This document shows positions 1-12,392 of a stretch of 50,752 nt of DNA, one piece after another. Every line of letters begins with the position of its first letter. Within the stretch, counting starts at the first letter, position 1. Below the pieces are notes generated by a model, which had not been told where the DNA came from, made no database searches, and saw only the letters and a list, made by a program, of their open reading frames with translations. The position numbers and the translations under genes are program-made. This stretch comes from Octopus sinensis (taxonomy: Eukaryota), in assembly GCF_006345805.1 (NCBI RefSeq), contig NW_021835337.1, positions 1 through 50,752 of the forward strand, read 5' to 3'.

Positions 1-131
1 ACTGAGTCCCCAACCATTTGGTTGCGAAGCGAATTCGTTAACCACACAGGCTTGCCTGCACCTAAGTGTAGAATTTTTTGAACTAATTTAACATTAATAA
101 GTGTCAAATTATTTTATGCGTAGAAGATATT

Positions 132-314
132 TATTTCTTTATTGCTCACAGGGGGCTAAACATAGAGTGGACAAACAAGGACAGACAAAGGGATTAAGTC
201 GATTACATCGACCCCAGTGCGTAACTGGTACTTGTTTAATCGACTTCGAAAGGATGAAAGACAAAATCGACCTCGGCGGAATTTGAACTCAGAACGTAAC
301 GGCAGACGAAATAC
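132..314 (-). mobile_element. SINE family A, 5'-truncated, head-to-tail with next copy
   Basis: Reverse complement of the family A body (GTTCAAATTCCGCCGAGGTCGA..CTTTCATCCTTTCG..GTCCTTGTTTGTCC); stops at GACGAAATAC. Confidence 0.85.
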
Positions 315-539
315 CTATTTCTTTACTACCGACAAGGGGCTAAACACAGAGAGGACAAACAAGGACAGACAAACGGATTAAGTCGATTATATCGATCCCA
401 GTGCGTAACTGGTACTTATTTAATCGACCCCCGAAAGGATGAAAGGCAAAGACGACCTCGGCGGAATTTGAACTCAGAACGTAGTGACACACAAAATATC
501 GCAAAGCATTTCGCCCGTCGTGCTAACGATTCTTGCCAG
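315..539 (-). mobile_element. SINE family A, near full length
   Basis: Same body as the copies at 22029 and 35157; B-box-like GTTCAAATTCC on minus strand. Confidence 0.85.
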
Positions 540-1139
540 AATATATTAATGAATGAATGAATGAATGAATAAATAAATAAATAAATAAATAAGTGTCGTC
601 GTGAGCGAGAGTATAGTAAAGCTAAAATGTGGAACAGAGGAAGAAGGAAGCGTTGTGAATACTATGTAAGATATTGCATGTCAATGAATGATGCAGGAAA
701 AGGTTTGGAAGAGAAACTGTCGGCGGATTTCGTAAACAACAACAACAAGTCAGAAGAACAAAAGCTTAAAACGTGAGTAAAGCGTGAACGTAAAATGTAG
801 GTTGGTTGAAAGTTCCAATGAAATGTCAGAAAATGGTTAATGACGTCTTTGAGGTAACTGGGAAAGGACGTACGGCGTGAGTATGAAATATTTGATGGAT
901 TAGTTATAATTAGGTAGGTCCAATTTCAACAATGATGTGGCATTGTTGACATACACTTGACACATTTTTTTAAGAAACATATTTTCTTGGGTATGGTTAA
1001 GAAGTTCGCTTCGTAACCACGGGGTTTCGGGTTCAGTCGCTTTGTGCGGCACCCAGGGCAAGTGTTTTCTGCTACAGCCAAAGTGAATTCGGTAAACAGA
1101 AACTGTAGGGCTGAAATGTAAAAAAGAATAAAGGGATAT

Positions 1140-1322
1140 ATATATATATTTTCTCTCCTTGTTTCTTTCCGTGATTCTTTTCTGTGTATCTTTCTGTTGA
1201 AGAGCGTAGGCTCGAAACGTAAAATACTTGTTTTATTTATATTCCTGAGCGCCATACTAATACAATTGTTTGTTGTATTCCACCTGCCTTCGTCTTTTGT
1301 TTATTTTCATAAAGCTTCCCGT
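1140..1322 (+). mobile_element. Short hammerhead-bearing repeat (family F), probable Penelope-derived non-autonomous element
   Basis: Near-identical inverted copy at about 28261-28440; contains hammerhead-like core; 3' end abuts (TA)n. Confidence 0.65.
1189..1226 (+). ncRNA. Minimal type I hammerhead-like motif, CUGUUGA core variant
   Basis: tcttt-CTGTTGA-A-GAGC(gtag)GCTC-GAAAC-GTA-aaata; stem I only 3 contiguous pairs in this copy. Confidence 0.5.
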
Positions 1323-1342
1323 TATTATATATATATATATAT

Positions 1343-1388
<46 letters not shown>

Positions 1389-1905
1389 GTATGTATGTAT
1401 GTATGTATGTATGTATGTATTATGTATGTATTATGTATGTATGTATGTGGTGCGTGTGTGTGTTGTATATAGTAATACATGTATTTATGTTAGTTTGTGT
1501 AATTGTGTTTATGTTTGCCCTAAACACATGACAGTGTTGGTTTTCTAACGCCTCTCTAACCTAGCTGTTCAGCCAAAGTTATCGATAGAATGAATATAAG
1601 ACTTAAAACATAAGTACAAAGGAATATTTGCACTACTAGACACATTAAGATGGTACTCCATCTTGGCCACAGTCCTACGACTGAAACAAGTTAAAGATAA
1701 AAGATACCTCGTTTCTTGCTCCCTTTTCCCGCCCTTCGCTCTATTTGAATCTTTAATACTCTTCCAGTTTTTATCTCTCAATTTATCACCGTTTCCCCAA
1801 ATCAAGAAACTAATTCCTCTCCTGGTTGCTCGAAATGCTAGAAATAGCCACCGAATCTACTACATAATATCGTAATAGGAAAGGAAGGATACATTGTATA
1901 ATGTA

Positions 1906-2293
1906 TGGAAGCACTCCGTCGGTTACGACGATGAGGGTTCCGGTTGATCCGAATCAAAGGAACAGCCTGCTCGTGAAATTAACGTGTAAGTGACTGAGCA
2001 CTCCACAGACACGTGTACCCTTAACGTAGTTCTCGGGGATATTCAGCGTGACACAGAGAGTGACAAGGCCGGCCCTTTGAAATACAGGTACAACAGAAGC
2101 AGGAAGTAAGAGTGAGAGAAAGTTGTGGTGAAAGAGTACAGCAGGGATCACCACCATCCCCTGCCGGAGCCTCGTGCAGCTTTTTTAGGTGTTTTCGCTC
2201 AATAAACACTCACAACGCCCGGTCTGGGAATCGAAACCGCGATCCTATGACCGCGAGTCTACTGCCCTAACCACTGGGCCATTGCGCCTCCAC
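1906..2293 (-). mobile_element. SINE family B (tRNA-like head, about 390 bp)
   Basis: Reverse complement of GTGGAGGCGCAATGGCCCAGTGGTTAGGGCAG...GACGGAGTGCTTCCA; TSD-like ATAATGTA both sides. Confidence 0.9.
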
Positions 2294-2713
2294 ATAATGT
2301 ATGATGCTCATGGACGCAAAAGTTTTGATAATAACTGACTCGGAATCGTTGCGCCTCGGGCAAATGCCTTAGGTTTTCAGCCAGGCCTGTTAGGTCTGTT
2401 TACGTTCTGAGTTCAAATCCCGCTCAGACTAATATTATTACTTCTTACTCTTCCAGGTATTAATGAAGTTCCTGTTAATTCTGGGATTGGTTTAAAATTC
2501 TTACAAAACTTCCGAAATGGAATTATAACACAAGTCTAAGACCAAAGAACAGCAACTAGTTCCATTAGAAATGTAAGTAAAACAATAATTTTTTATAATG
2601 CAAACAGTGGGATGAATTTTTATGCCGTGGGAAAGAGAATTCTTACATATTAGGAAGAATCCTTTGTCAGAACTCGAACCCTCCGACAACGCATTTTCTC
2701 AGAAACTTTATAC

Positions 2714-2729
2714 TCTTCTTCTTCTTCTT

Positions 2730-2760
<31 letters not shown>

Positions 2761-2956
2761 TCTTTCTTCTTCTTCTTCTTCTTCTCTTCTTCTTCTTCTT
2801 CTTCTTCTTCTTCTTCTCTTCTTCTTCTTCTTCTTCTTCTTCTTTCTTCTTCTTCTTCTTCTTCTCTTCTTCTTCTTCTTCTTCTTCTTCTTCTTCTTCT
2901 TCTTCTTCTTCTTCTTCTTCTTCTTCTTCTTCTTCTTCTTCTTCTTCTTCTTCTTC
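2714..2956. repeat. (TCT)n microsatellite
   Basis: Directly visible, with occasional single-base slips. Confidence 0.97.
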
Positions 2957-3268
2957 ACAACGTAAACATTTATTCCTATTTATTCCACTGTTTCAATTCT
3001 CTGTATAATCATTTACTGACAAAAATCATCCATCCATCCATCCATCAATACATCTATCCATCCATCCATCAATACATACATACATACATACATTCAATAT
3101 GTGACCGCGTGAGTTCTCTCACCACGCCTCATTATTGGCGTTTACTTTTAGAGATACGTGCATTATTACCATGCTTCTCTGACAATATCTACAAAACCAT
3201 ATTTGCAGGGGTCTCCATGTCTCCGTATCAGACTATTATCCGTTCCCGTCATCGCATTATTTATTTCA

Positions 3269-3970
3269 GTTAAACTCTAGTGTTTGACTCGACACCCGCT
3301 CCCCCCCCCCAAAAAAAAGAAAAAAAAAGAAAAAGTGAAAATAGTGCAATAGGTGTAAAGCAGCATGTAGTAAACGAATATGAAAGAAAAAAAATGCGCG
3401 CTGGCGAACGGTGGGGCGGAAAATTCACATTGGGAATGTTCCGAGTCCTCTCACCACTTCCCCATTCGCCGGCGAAATGTTTTTTTCATATTTGTTTACT
3501 ACATGTTGTTTTACATCTATTACACTATTAAAAAAAAAATTTGTGACCGGGTGTTAACGTGAGAGTGATCGTGTGAATTGTTCGAGTCCTCTCCCCCCCC
3601 ACCCGTTCGCCAGTGTGCATTTTTTTACATATTCATTTGTTTTACACCTATTACACTGTGAACCGGTGTCGAAGTGGGTTACTGGATCGTGTGAATTATT
3701 CGAGTCTGCACCCCCCACGTCACAAAAATTTAAAAAAAATAGTGTACTAGGTGTAAAATAATGTGTAGTAAACGAATATGAATAAAAAGAAAAATTTCGC
3801 CGACGAACGGGGAAGTGGTGAGAGGACTCGGAACATTCCCGATGTGTATTTTCCGGGTCCTATCTCCACTTCCCGTTCGCAGCGCGCATTTTTCTCATAT
3901 TCGTTTACTACATTTTGTTTTACACCTATTGCACTATCTTTTTTGCTCGGGTCAAACACTGGAGTTTGAC
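3269..3970. mobile_element. Foldback-type element with about 270 bp diverged TIRs
   Basis: 3269-3546 is the reverse complement of about 3718-3970; the opposite-strand pseudo-ORFs share SAIGVKQ.VVNEYE and GMFRVLSPLP. Confidence 0.7.
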
Positions 3971-4092
<122 letters not shown>

Positions 4093-4141
4093 AATTAGAG
4101 AAAAAACACTATTATGCAATTGAAATATAATAAGTAAAAAA

Positions 4142-4241
4142 AACTACGTACGTTTCATGGCTATAATTAAATTCGAATTACAATTAAATTTTAATTTAAT
4201 CGAAAATCAATTCAATTTAAATTATAGTCACTCTTCAGGTT
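4142..4241 (-). ncRNA. Type I hammerhead-like motif with long AU-rich stem II
   Basis: Minus strand: aac-CTGAAGA-GTGACTATAAT...ATTATAGCCAT-GAAAC-GTAC-GTA-gtt; palindromic ACGTACGT stem III. Confidence 0.65.
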
Positions 4242-4654
4242 AACAATAATAGTTAAATAAATAAGCAAATAGAGTTAAACAATATTTACTAAAAAAATAG
4301 AATAATGATTTTTCTTATAGAAGAAACTCCATTAACTAAATTTGAAACTTAAGACATTAGGATCAGTTGCCTACAATACATTTATTATGTTAAATATTTA
4401 AGGTAAAAAAAATAGAGTAAATAGATAGAAAATGTATTTATCTGTGAAGATATAATTTAGCTTAATAAAAAAAAAAACATGTACATATCTAAATTATCAT
4501 TAACAAATAAAAAAATATAAATTCATATTTAACAATCAATGCTTATATAGAGTACAATAATATTTCTTAAATAAAAATGTCTACTTATCTCTCCAAATAA
4601 GCAGAGAATCTGTATCAAATTTTGTCAGAAGGTTGGCGATATCTACTCAGAGGT

Positions 4655-5282
4655 CAACGCAACATTTTCAAAAAAATTTTTTCATCTTCTCGACACAACC
4701 AAGGAGATCTTGTGCAACTGAAACTCGAGTGTCTTTTTGGTCAGCTGAACGCAATTTTGGCACAAACTTGGCAGTCACACGTCTCATGCCCAAATCTTCA
4801 ATGATAATGGACTAAACTGAACCGTAATCTGCACATCTTTTGATAACTCACGGATGGTGATTCGACGATATCACCTCACAGCTGCACGCACATCTGCGAT
4901 GTTTTTCTCAGTTCTGCAGGTTGCGGATATCCCTGGAGGTTCGTCACTATCGACATTTTTTCGGCAATCTTGAAAACATCTGAACCACTCGCACACTTGC
5001 GTGCAACTCATGCACCTCTCTCCATAAACTTTCTGCAACATTGCCCAAGCCTCTGAGCAGGTATCACCATGACAACTTTCTCTGTCATGGTCAATGCGAC
5101 GATCACACGTTACAGACTTTCCTTCCAAGCACTGCTGTAAACAGCGGAAGTAAGGTAGAACGTTATAACTTAGTGCGTATGCACATCGGAGTTCAAGATC
5201 AATTTGTGACAAGCGGCTTTACTCTGCGTGCTTTAACTTCGTTACTATGGCAACAGTCCGGATACTTATTGATCAAACCCTG
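4655..5282 (-). mobile_element. Mariner transposon, 5' half, decayed transposase
   Basis: TIR-like end TA|CAGGGTTTGATCAATAAGTATCCGGACTG at 5282; peptide pieces MLQKVYGERCMSCTQVCEWFRCF, RRITIREL, DLGMRRVTAKFVPKL match the mariner N-terminal HTH region; frameshifts and stops. Confidence 0.85.
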
Positions 5283-5395
5283 TACATACATACATACATA
5301 CATACATAATACATACATACATACATATATAAATTCATATATAAAATAACGAAGGCGGCTACACACAATATAAATCCAAAAAGGAAAAATTCAAA

Positions 5396-5821
5396 TGTCC
5401 CTAATTGTGACTGACAGTGCAGGGTAGCACCTATATTACTAGAAGTAACTCTTATTTCTACCAATGTAATGCTACACTGCGTGGAGGCACATGACCTAGT
5501 GGTTAGAGCAGCGGACTCGCGGTCGAGGGATCGCGGGTTCGAATCTCAGACCGAGCGATGTGTGTGTTTATGAGTGAAACACATAAGCTCCACGCGGCTC
5601 CGACAGAGGGTAATGGCGAACTTCTGCTGACTCTTTCGCCACAATTTTCTCTCGCGTTTTCCTCCGGCATCTTGCAGCTCACCTACGACAGACCGGCGTC
5701 CCGTCCAGGTGGGGAACCTATACGCCAATGAAACCGGGAAACCGGCCCAAATGAGCCAGGCGTGACTCGAGAAGGAACAAACAACAATACTACCCTGCAC
5801 CGTCAGTCACAATTAGTGACA
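5396..5821. mobile_element. Small palindromic MITE (32 bp TIRs) interrupted by a SINE
   Basis: 5396-5427 and 5790-5821 are reverse complements with 2 mismatches. Confidence 0.6.
5480..5788 (+). mobile_element. SINE with family-B head and a different (E) tail
   Basis: GTGGAGGCACATGACCTAGTGGTTAGAGCAGCGGACTCG head; tail CCAGGTGGGGAACCTATACGCC..GAAACCGGGAAACCGGCCC; imperfect 12 bp TSD. Confidence 0.8.
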
Positions 5822-5874
5822 ATTACATTCATGTACATGTACATATATACATGTACATGTACATATATACATGT

Positions 5875-6200
5875 ACACTCCGTCGGTTGCGACGACGAGG
5901 GTCCCAGCTGATACGATCAACGGAACAGCTTGCTTGTGAAATTAACGTGCAAGTGACTGAGCATTCCACAGGCACGTGTACCCTTAGTGTAGTTCTCGGG
6001 GAGATTCAGCGTGACACAAAGTGTGACAAGGCGGGCCCTTTGAAATACAGGTACTACTCATTTTTTGCCAGCTGAGTAGACTGGAGCAACGTGAAATAAA
6101 GTGTCTTGCTCAAGGACACAACGCGCCGCCGAGAATTGAACTGACGACCTTACAACCGTGAGTCGAATGCCCCTAACCACTAAGCCACGCGCTTTCACAA
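5875..6200 (-). mobile_element. Chimeric SINE: family-D head plus family-B tail
   Basis: 5875-6055 matches B tail; 6075-6200 matches D head (CTGGAGCAACGTGAAATAAAGTGTCTTGCTCAAG). Confidence 0.75.
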
Positions 6201-6685
6201 ATATATACACAGACGCACTCTCCTCCGCCTCCGCCTCCTCTTCCTCCTCCTCCTCCTCCTCACTTTCTCTCATATGTTACTGTGTGCGAGTGTTAATGTA
6301 GTGATTGAGTAATGTGTATGAATAATACTTAGAAACAGAAAACTCATCGCGTTGAGTTACATTTATCCAACAAAGTACCATAACATTACTTTATATCGCT
6401 AACAGACGAACTCTACTTTATACCATTGGTATACTTCACTACGTCCTACCAAGAAGACACTTACACGGTGTTATACAATCGGTACATTACTTTATAGAAA
6501 TAGTCACTACATTATCGCTCGAACTGCTAGAAAGAGTGCCCGAATCCAACCTCGAACCACACTGTATCGAGTCGTCTTCAATGAGGAAAGGATACAATAG
6601 AGAATGTAGTCCAAGTGTTAAACATCACAAACCATCACAACTGATGCTACCATCATCTCCTTCGCCACCTTCGCTATCGTCACTG

Positions 6686-7280
6686 TCGCCGCCGTCACCG
6701 CCGCCGTCACCGCCGCCGTCACCGCGCCGTCACACCGCCGCCGTCACCGCCGCCGTCACCGCCGCCGCGCGTCACCGCCGCCGCCGTCCCGCCGCCGCCG
6801 TCACCGCCGCCGCCGTCAACCGCCGCCGCCGTCGCCGCCGCCGCCGCCGCCGCGCCCGCCGCGGCCGTACCGCCGCCGCCACCGCCGCCGCCGCCGCCGC
6901 GGCCTAACCGCCGCCGCCACCAGCCGCCGCCGCCGCGGCCGTAACCGCCGCCGCCACCGCCGCCGCCGCCACCGCCGCCGCCGCCGCCACCGCCGCCGCC
7001 GCACCCGCCCCGCCGCCACCGCCGCCGCCACCGCCGCCGCCACCAGCCGCCGCCGCCGCTGCCGCCCCGCCGCCACCGCCGCCGCCGCCGCCGCCGCCAC
7101 CCGCCACCGCCGCCGCCGCCGCCGTGGCCGCCGCCGCCTTCCGCCGTGGCCGCCGCCGCCGCCGCCGTGGCCGCCGCCGCCGCCGCCGTGGCCGCCGCCG
7201 CCGCCCCGCCGTGGCCGCCGCCGCGCCCCGTGCCGCCGCCGCCGCCGCCCTGGCCGCCGCCGCCGCCGCCGCGCCGTCAC
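6686..7280. repeat. Degenerate (GCC)n/(GCCGTCACC)n tract
   Basis: Directly visible; many 1-bp slips. Confidence 0.9.
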
Positions 7281-8586
7281 CTTCTTTAGTGTAAATATAC
7301 ATTACATTATTTCCTAGGTACCGGTTATAACGAGTCTGCGGCGATTACGTTTTGTTTTTACCATTTCTGAACTTAGTGATGTTGTCATTAGAAAACGGAT
7401 GAATGTCACAGTTCATCATTCTTCTCTATGTTATAACGTAGAATACTATTTAAGTAATGATTTGTTAATTTAAATTGAAGTGAAGATTATTGTTGTTATT
7501 GAGCTGTTGTTGCTGGGATGCCAGTGACGGTGGAGGCGACGGTGACGGTAACGGTGACGCAGTGACGGCGGCGGCAGTGAAGGCGACGGCGGTGACGGTG
7601 AAGGCGGCGGCGGCGGAGACGGTGACGGTGACGGTGACGGCGGCGGCGGTGACGGTGACGGCGGTGATGGTGACGGCGGCGGCGGTGATGGTGACGGTGA
7701 CGGCGGCGGCGGTGACGGCGGTCGGGCGGCCGGCGCGGGTGGCGGCGGCGGCGACGGCGGCGGTGACGGTGACGGCGACGGTGACGGCGGCGACGGGGAC
7801 GGCGGCGGCGGCGTGCGGCGGCGACGGTGTGACGGCCGCGCCCGCCCCACCGCCGCCACCGCCCGCCCCGCCACCGCAGCCGCCGCCGTCACCGCACGCA
7901 GCCGCCGGCACCGCCGCCGCCGCCGTCACCGTCGCCGTCACCGTCGCCGTCACCGTCGCCGTCCGTCACCGCCGCCGTCACCGTCACCGCCGCGTCACCG
8001 CCGCCGCCGCCGCCTCCGCCGCCGCCGCCGCCCTCACCGCCGCCGCCACCCCCGCCGCCGCCGTCACGCCGTCACCGTCGCCGCCACCTCACCGCCGCCG
8101 TCACCCACCGTCACCGCGCCGCCGTCACCATCACCCCGTCACCACCGCCCCCCCCGCCGTCACCGCCCTCGCCCCCCATCACCCGCCCCCCCCCCCCCCT
8201 CCCCGCCGTCACCACCGCCGCCGCCGTCACCGTCACCGTCACCGTCTCCGCCGCCGCCGCCTTCACCGTCACCGCCGTCGCCTCACTGCCGCCGCCGTCA
8301 CTGCGTCACCGTTACCGTCACCGTCGCCTCCACCGTCACTGGCATCCCAGCAACAACAGCTCAATAACAACAATAATCTTCACTTCAATTTAAATTAACA
8401 AATCATTACTTAAATAGTATTCTACGTTATAACATAGAGAAGAATGATGAACTGTGACATTCATCCGTTTTCTAATGACAACATCACTAAGTTCAGAAAT
8501 GGTAAAAACAAAACGTAATCGCCGCAGACTCGTTATAACCGGCTACCTAGGGAAATAATGTAATGTTATATTTACACTAAAGAAGG
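7280..8586. repeat. Long inverted duplication, arms about 7280-7650 and 8215-8586
   Basis: About 250 bp of unique AT-rich sequence plus adjoining GC repeat are reverse complements, differing by a few 1-bp indels; centre flips from G-rich to C-rich near 7835. Confidence 0.92.
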
Positions 8587-8911
8587 AGACTTTCAGTTTA
8601 TAGAACACAATTACGCATATTTACAACAATTCATATATTTTCCACTCAGTTCATAGAACATTCAATCTTAATTTGTAATCGGTACTTTAGGAAATTTCTT
8701 CTTGCGCTACTAATAATTGACCCTGGGTCCCAGTCATTTTCCTTTATGTTGTCAACGTAAGCACTTCTTCCCGCCACCTTTCATACAAAATACCTTCAAG
8801 CAAGAAGGGATAGTTTTTGCGTATTTCCGGTTGTGTAAATCTTTGATGTACAATGATGATTCATTTCTAAAAAGCAGGTGGGTCTCTTTCTCTCTTTCCT
8901 TCCCTTTTTTT

Positions 8912-9505
8912 TCTCTCTGGCATATATTTGAAATAAATCTCTGTAATTTCCGACCAACCCTCTATTTACGTGAATGCTAGCGGGAAAATTTTAACCCACA
9001 AGATATTAAAACCTCATTCGTTGTCAAACTGTTGCGAAGCCCTCTAGCCGGAATGTTTTAAAGAGTTAGGCTGGATGTTCAAACCTTAATTTGAAATTTA
9101 TTGCGTTTTTATTTCATATAAGCATTTTCATTTCATAGCCATTTGTTTATGATCTTGGCAGCTTTTTAAAAATTTTTTTACTGTAATATACATTTTGCTC
9201 AAGCCTACATTTTGTAGGGTTTTTTTTCTCTGGCATTTGTTTTAAAATAAATCTCTGTAATTTCCGACCAACCCTATTTACGTAGGGATCGCCTTTATAT
9301 GAATGCTAGAAGGGAAATTTTAATTCACAAGATATTAAGATTTCATTCGTTATTAAACTGCTGCGAAACCCTCTAACCGGAAGGGTTTAAAGAGTTAGGC
9401 CGGATGCACAAAACTTAATTTAAGATATATTTCCTTTTTTTTTTACTTCATATAAGTATTTTTTAAAATTTCATAGCTATTTGTTTTATGATCTTAGCAG
9501 CTTTG
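8912..9505. repeat. Diverged tandem duplication, about 315 bp period
   Basis: AAATAAATCTCTGTAATTTCCGAC...TTATGATCTT.GCAGCTTT occurs twice in the same orientation. Confidence 0.8.
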
Positions 9506-9969
9506 CTTTGTCGAAATATGCTGATGGCGTCGAAAATTGTTGTTAGACTTATAAATAGAATTGACAATGGTGTCATTTATAAGTTGAGTCTGCCTTTTAT
9601 TCTTTTCGTAAAAGATAATCTTTGAAGGGAGGAATGGTGTTAAGAGTTTCTTTAATACATAAATGGAAAGGAGTGTAAGGCATACTAGAACGGGAGATAA
9701 GAGGATGACAATGATGACGACGACGACGATGATGGTGTTGTTGGTGTTGGTGATGATAGTGATAAAGATGATAATGATAATGGTGGTGGTGGAGATGACA
9801 ACGATGCTGGTCGTAAAGGTGTTGGTGACGTTGATGAAGAAGACGATGATGACGTCGATGGTGGTGATGATGATAATTATGATGGGCGGTCATAAATTGC
9901 ATTTCCGTTTTTTTTTTCGCAAAATTTCTTCGGGTTCTTATGTTTTCGATGTAGGAAATTACGATTTTG

Positions 9970-10241
9970 GGCAATCTTTCGTCTCTAGTAGACCTTTCCG
10001 TCGATTTCCGTAAAAAATTTTTTCTTTTTTACATATGGGCTTGCGGGAACTTTTGAAGTAATGAGAGCGAAAGAGACTAAGAAAAAGCGATTGTATGACG
10101 AGGGAAGTTCTTTTGAAGTTACCGTGCATGGGAGCATTGATGTACATGTGTGTGTGTGTGTGTGTGTGTTTGATGGGGTGTGGGAGACAGACAGTATGTT
10201 GTGTAATCGACGGAAAGGGCTACTAGAGACGAAAGATCGCC
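9970..10241. mobile_element. MITE, 37 bp TIRs, 8 bp TSD CGATTTTG, Merlin-like termini
   Basis: GGCAATCTTTCGTCTCTAGTAGACCTTTCCGTCGATT vs reverse complement of right end (2 mismatches); TSD at 9962-9969 and 10242-10249; GG termini with 8 bp TSD fit Merlin better than hAT. Confidence 0.8.
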
Positions 10242-11477
10242 CGATTTTGCCCCAAAATAATGTTTTCAAAATTTTTATTTCACCCCTCCCCGCCCCAATT
10301 TCTTAATTTTAAACTTTCTTTCGATGTTTTAAAAAAAATCCACGTAGAAAAAATACAGAGATTACGAATCTAGGAAAAAGCTAAAAGCTCCGAATGCTTC
10401 ACTTTCGTCTGATGTTTCACGCACGTGTAGAATTCTACTGAAAAAGCAGGCGTAAAAAATGTCAAATCACCACCAGAAAACCCGACATGCCAGAAACAAC
10501 AGCTAAACGACACGATTTCTGAAAAACTTCCCCGCTTTCAAAAAAGCTAAAAGTGAAACATTCGGAGCTTTTAGTTTTTTAAAAGTGGGGAGGTGATGGG
10601 TGGTAGAGGTTGGGGAAAGGGACTTGAGTCTTTCTTTAAGTAAAAAAATAACAAACAAATTTTTAAAGATTCGTAACCTTTGTATTTTTCTGGATAACAA
10701 AAAAAAAAAAAAATTCTGAGAAAGTTAAAAATTAAAATATTGGAGTGGGGAGGGGAAAATAAAAATTTTGAAAACGTATTTTGTGGGCCAAAGTCGTATT
10801 TTTAAGAAGTTTTTGAAAAAAAAAAAGTTGGTGGGTGTGAATATCACCTCCGACATTCTAGAAACAACAGCTACACGACACGATTTCTAAACAAAAAAAC
10901 CTTCCTTTTAAGTTTATATCGAAGATCAGGTTTCTAAATACGCTCATCTCAAACACGAATTACAAAGTGAAAAAAGGTAATTTCAATTGAAGTTGAGCTG
11001 TAATTTAGCGCGTGCACAGAGCAAGAAATAACATAATTAACACTGACGTTTTACACAGTGTGTGTGTGTGTGTGTGTGTGTATGCAAAAGAAGTTATTTT
11101 TACATACTTTTCTTAATTCCAAAAGAAGAAAATCTTGAACAATACTTTCAAAATTGGACATCAGCCATGATTGTTAAGTCCCCAAGAACTGTGTGCGCGT
11201 ATTTGTAGGGGTGCTTGAGCAAGTGAAACATTTGTAAAAATGTACACACAACTATTGTACTAAAATAAGTTATCTTTACAGATCATGTTTGCAATTATCT
11301 ATATAATTGATAGCAAAATGTGATGAAATGAAATTAAATCCAGGTTTAGCCACAAATCGATCAAAAAGTTTTAGCATTTTTGAGACAACATAGTGTTTCC
11401 ATACATTCTAATGAAAAACTGAAAGAAAGAGATAATGCCACTCTTTCTTTGTCGTTTAGCTGTTGTTTCAAGCGTGT

Positions 11478-11677
11478 CGGGCGAAATGCTTAGCGGTATT
11501 TCGTCTGCCGCTACGTTCTGAGTTCAAATTCCGCCGAGGTCGACTTTGCCTTTCATCCTTTCGAGGTCGATAAATTAAGTACCAGTTACGCACTGGGGTC
11601 GATGTAATCGACTTAATACCTATGTCTGTCCTTGTTTGTCCCCTCTATGTTTAGTCCCTTGTGGGTAATAAAGAAAT
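11478..11677 (+). mobile_element. SINE family A, 5'-truncated
   Basis: Family A body and tail inserted in the right arm of the 9885-12095 element. Confidence 0.85.
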
Positions 11678-12353
11678 GGGTTTGATATTTTTGACGCCTG
11701 CTATTTCAGTAGAATTCTACGCATGCATGAAACATCAGACGAAAGTGAAACATTGGGAGATTTTAGCTTTTTGAAAGAGGGGAGGTGATGGGTGGGCGAG
11801 GTGTGGGAAGGGGTATTGAGTGATTCTTTAACAAAAAAAATTAAGATAAAAAAAATTAAAATAGTTCCCAGATTTGTAATCTTTGTATTTTTCTACGTGG
11901 ATTAGAAAATAAATTCGAAAAAGTTCAAAATTAATTGGGGATGGGAGGGGAAGGGGAGGGGTGGGAGAAATTAAATTTTTGAATGATTTTTTTTGGGGCA
12001 AAATCGTAATCTCCTATGTCAAAAACATATGAACCCGAAGAAATTTTGGCAAAAAAACCGGAAGTGGTTGGGGCGCATGCGTTTTACCTCCGCCATAATG
12101 ATGACGATGATGATGATGGTGGTGGTAGTTGTGGTGGTGGTGGTGATCATGAAGATAAGGGTGATAGTTAAAAAAAGGTTTCGCAAATCGATAAAGAACA
12201 TGAAGGGAAGAAAATGTAGACTGTGAGACATGCAGACACACTGCCATATACTCTCTCTCTCGCTCTCTTTCGCTCTCACACACACACAAGCGCGCGCTGT
12301 CAGTCATTTGCAATGACACAAATACCAAGACGTACGTGTATATGCATAAATAC

Positions 12354-12392
<39 letters not shown>

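Larger units (their letters stand above)
9885..12095. mobile_element. Large non-autonomous DNA element with long modular imperfect TIRs
   Basis: 9900-9969 plus 10242-10530 are reverse-complementary to about 11450-12065; internal copy at 10545-10800; (GAT/GGT)-rich tract on both flanks; ends approximate. Confidence 0.55.

Noticed and set aside
1954-2157. Recurrent ORF MVVIPAVLFHHNF... seen about ten times
   Set aside because: It is the SINE B body; ORF length varies with indels; no sign of coding constraint.
7490-8398. 302 aa Ala/Thr/Pro/Arg-rich ORF and overlapping ORFs
   Set aside because: Translation of GC trinucleotide repeats within a palindrome; open in most frames; no domain.
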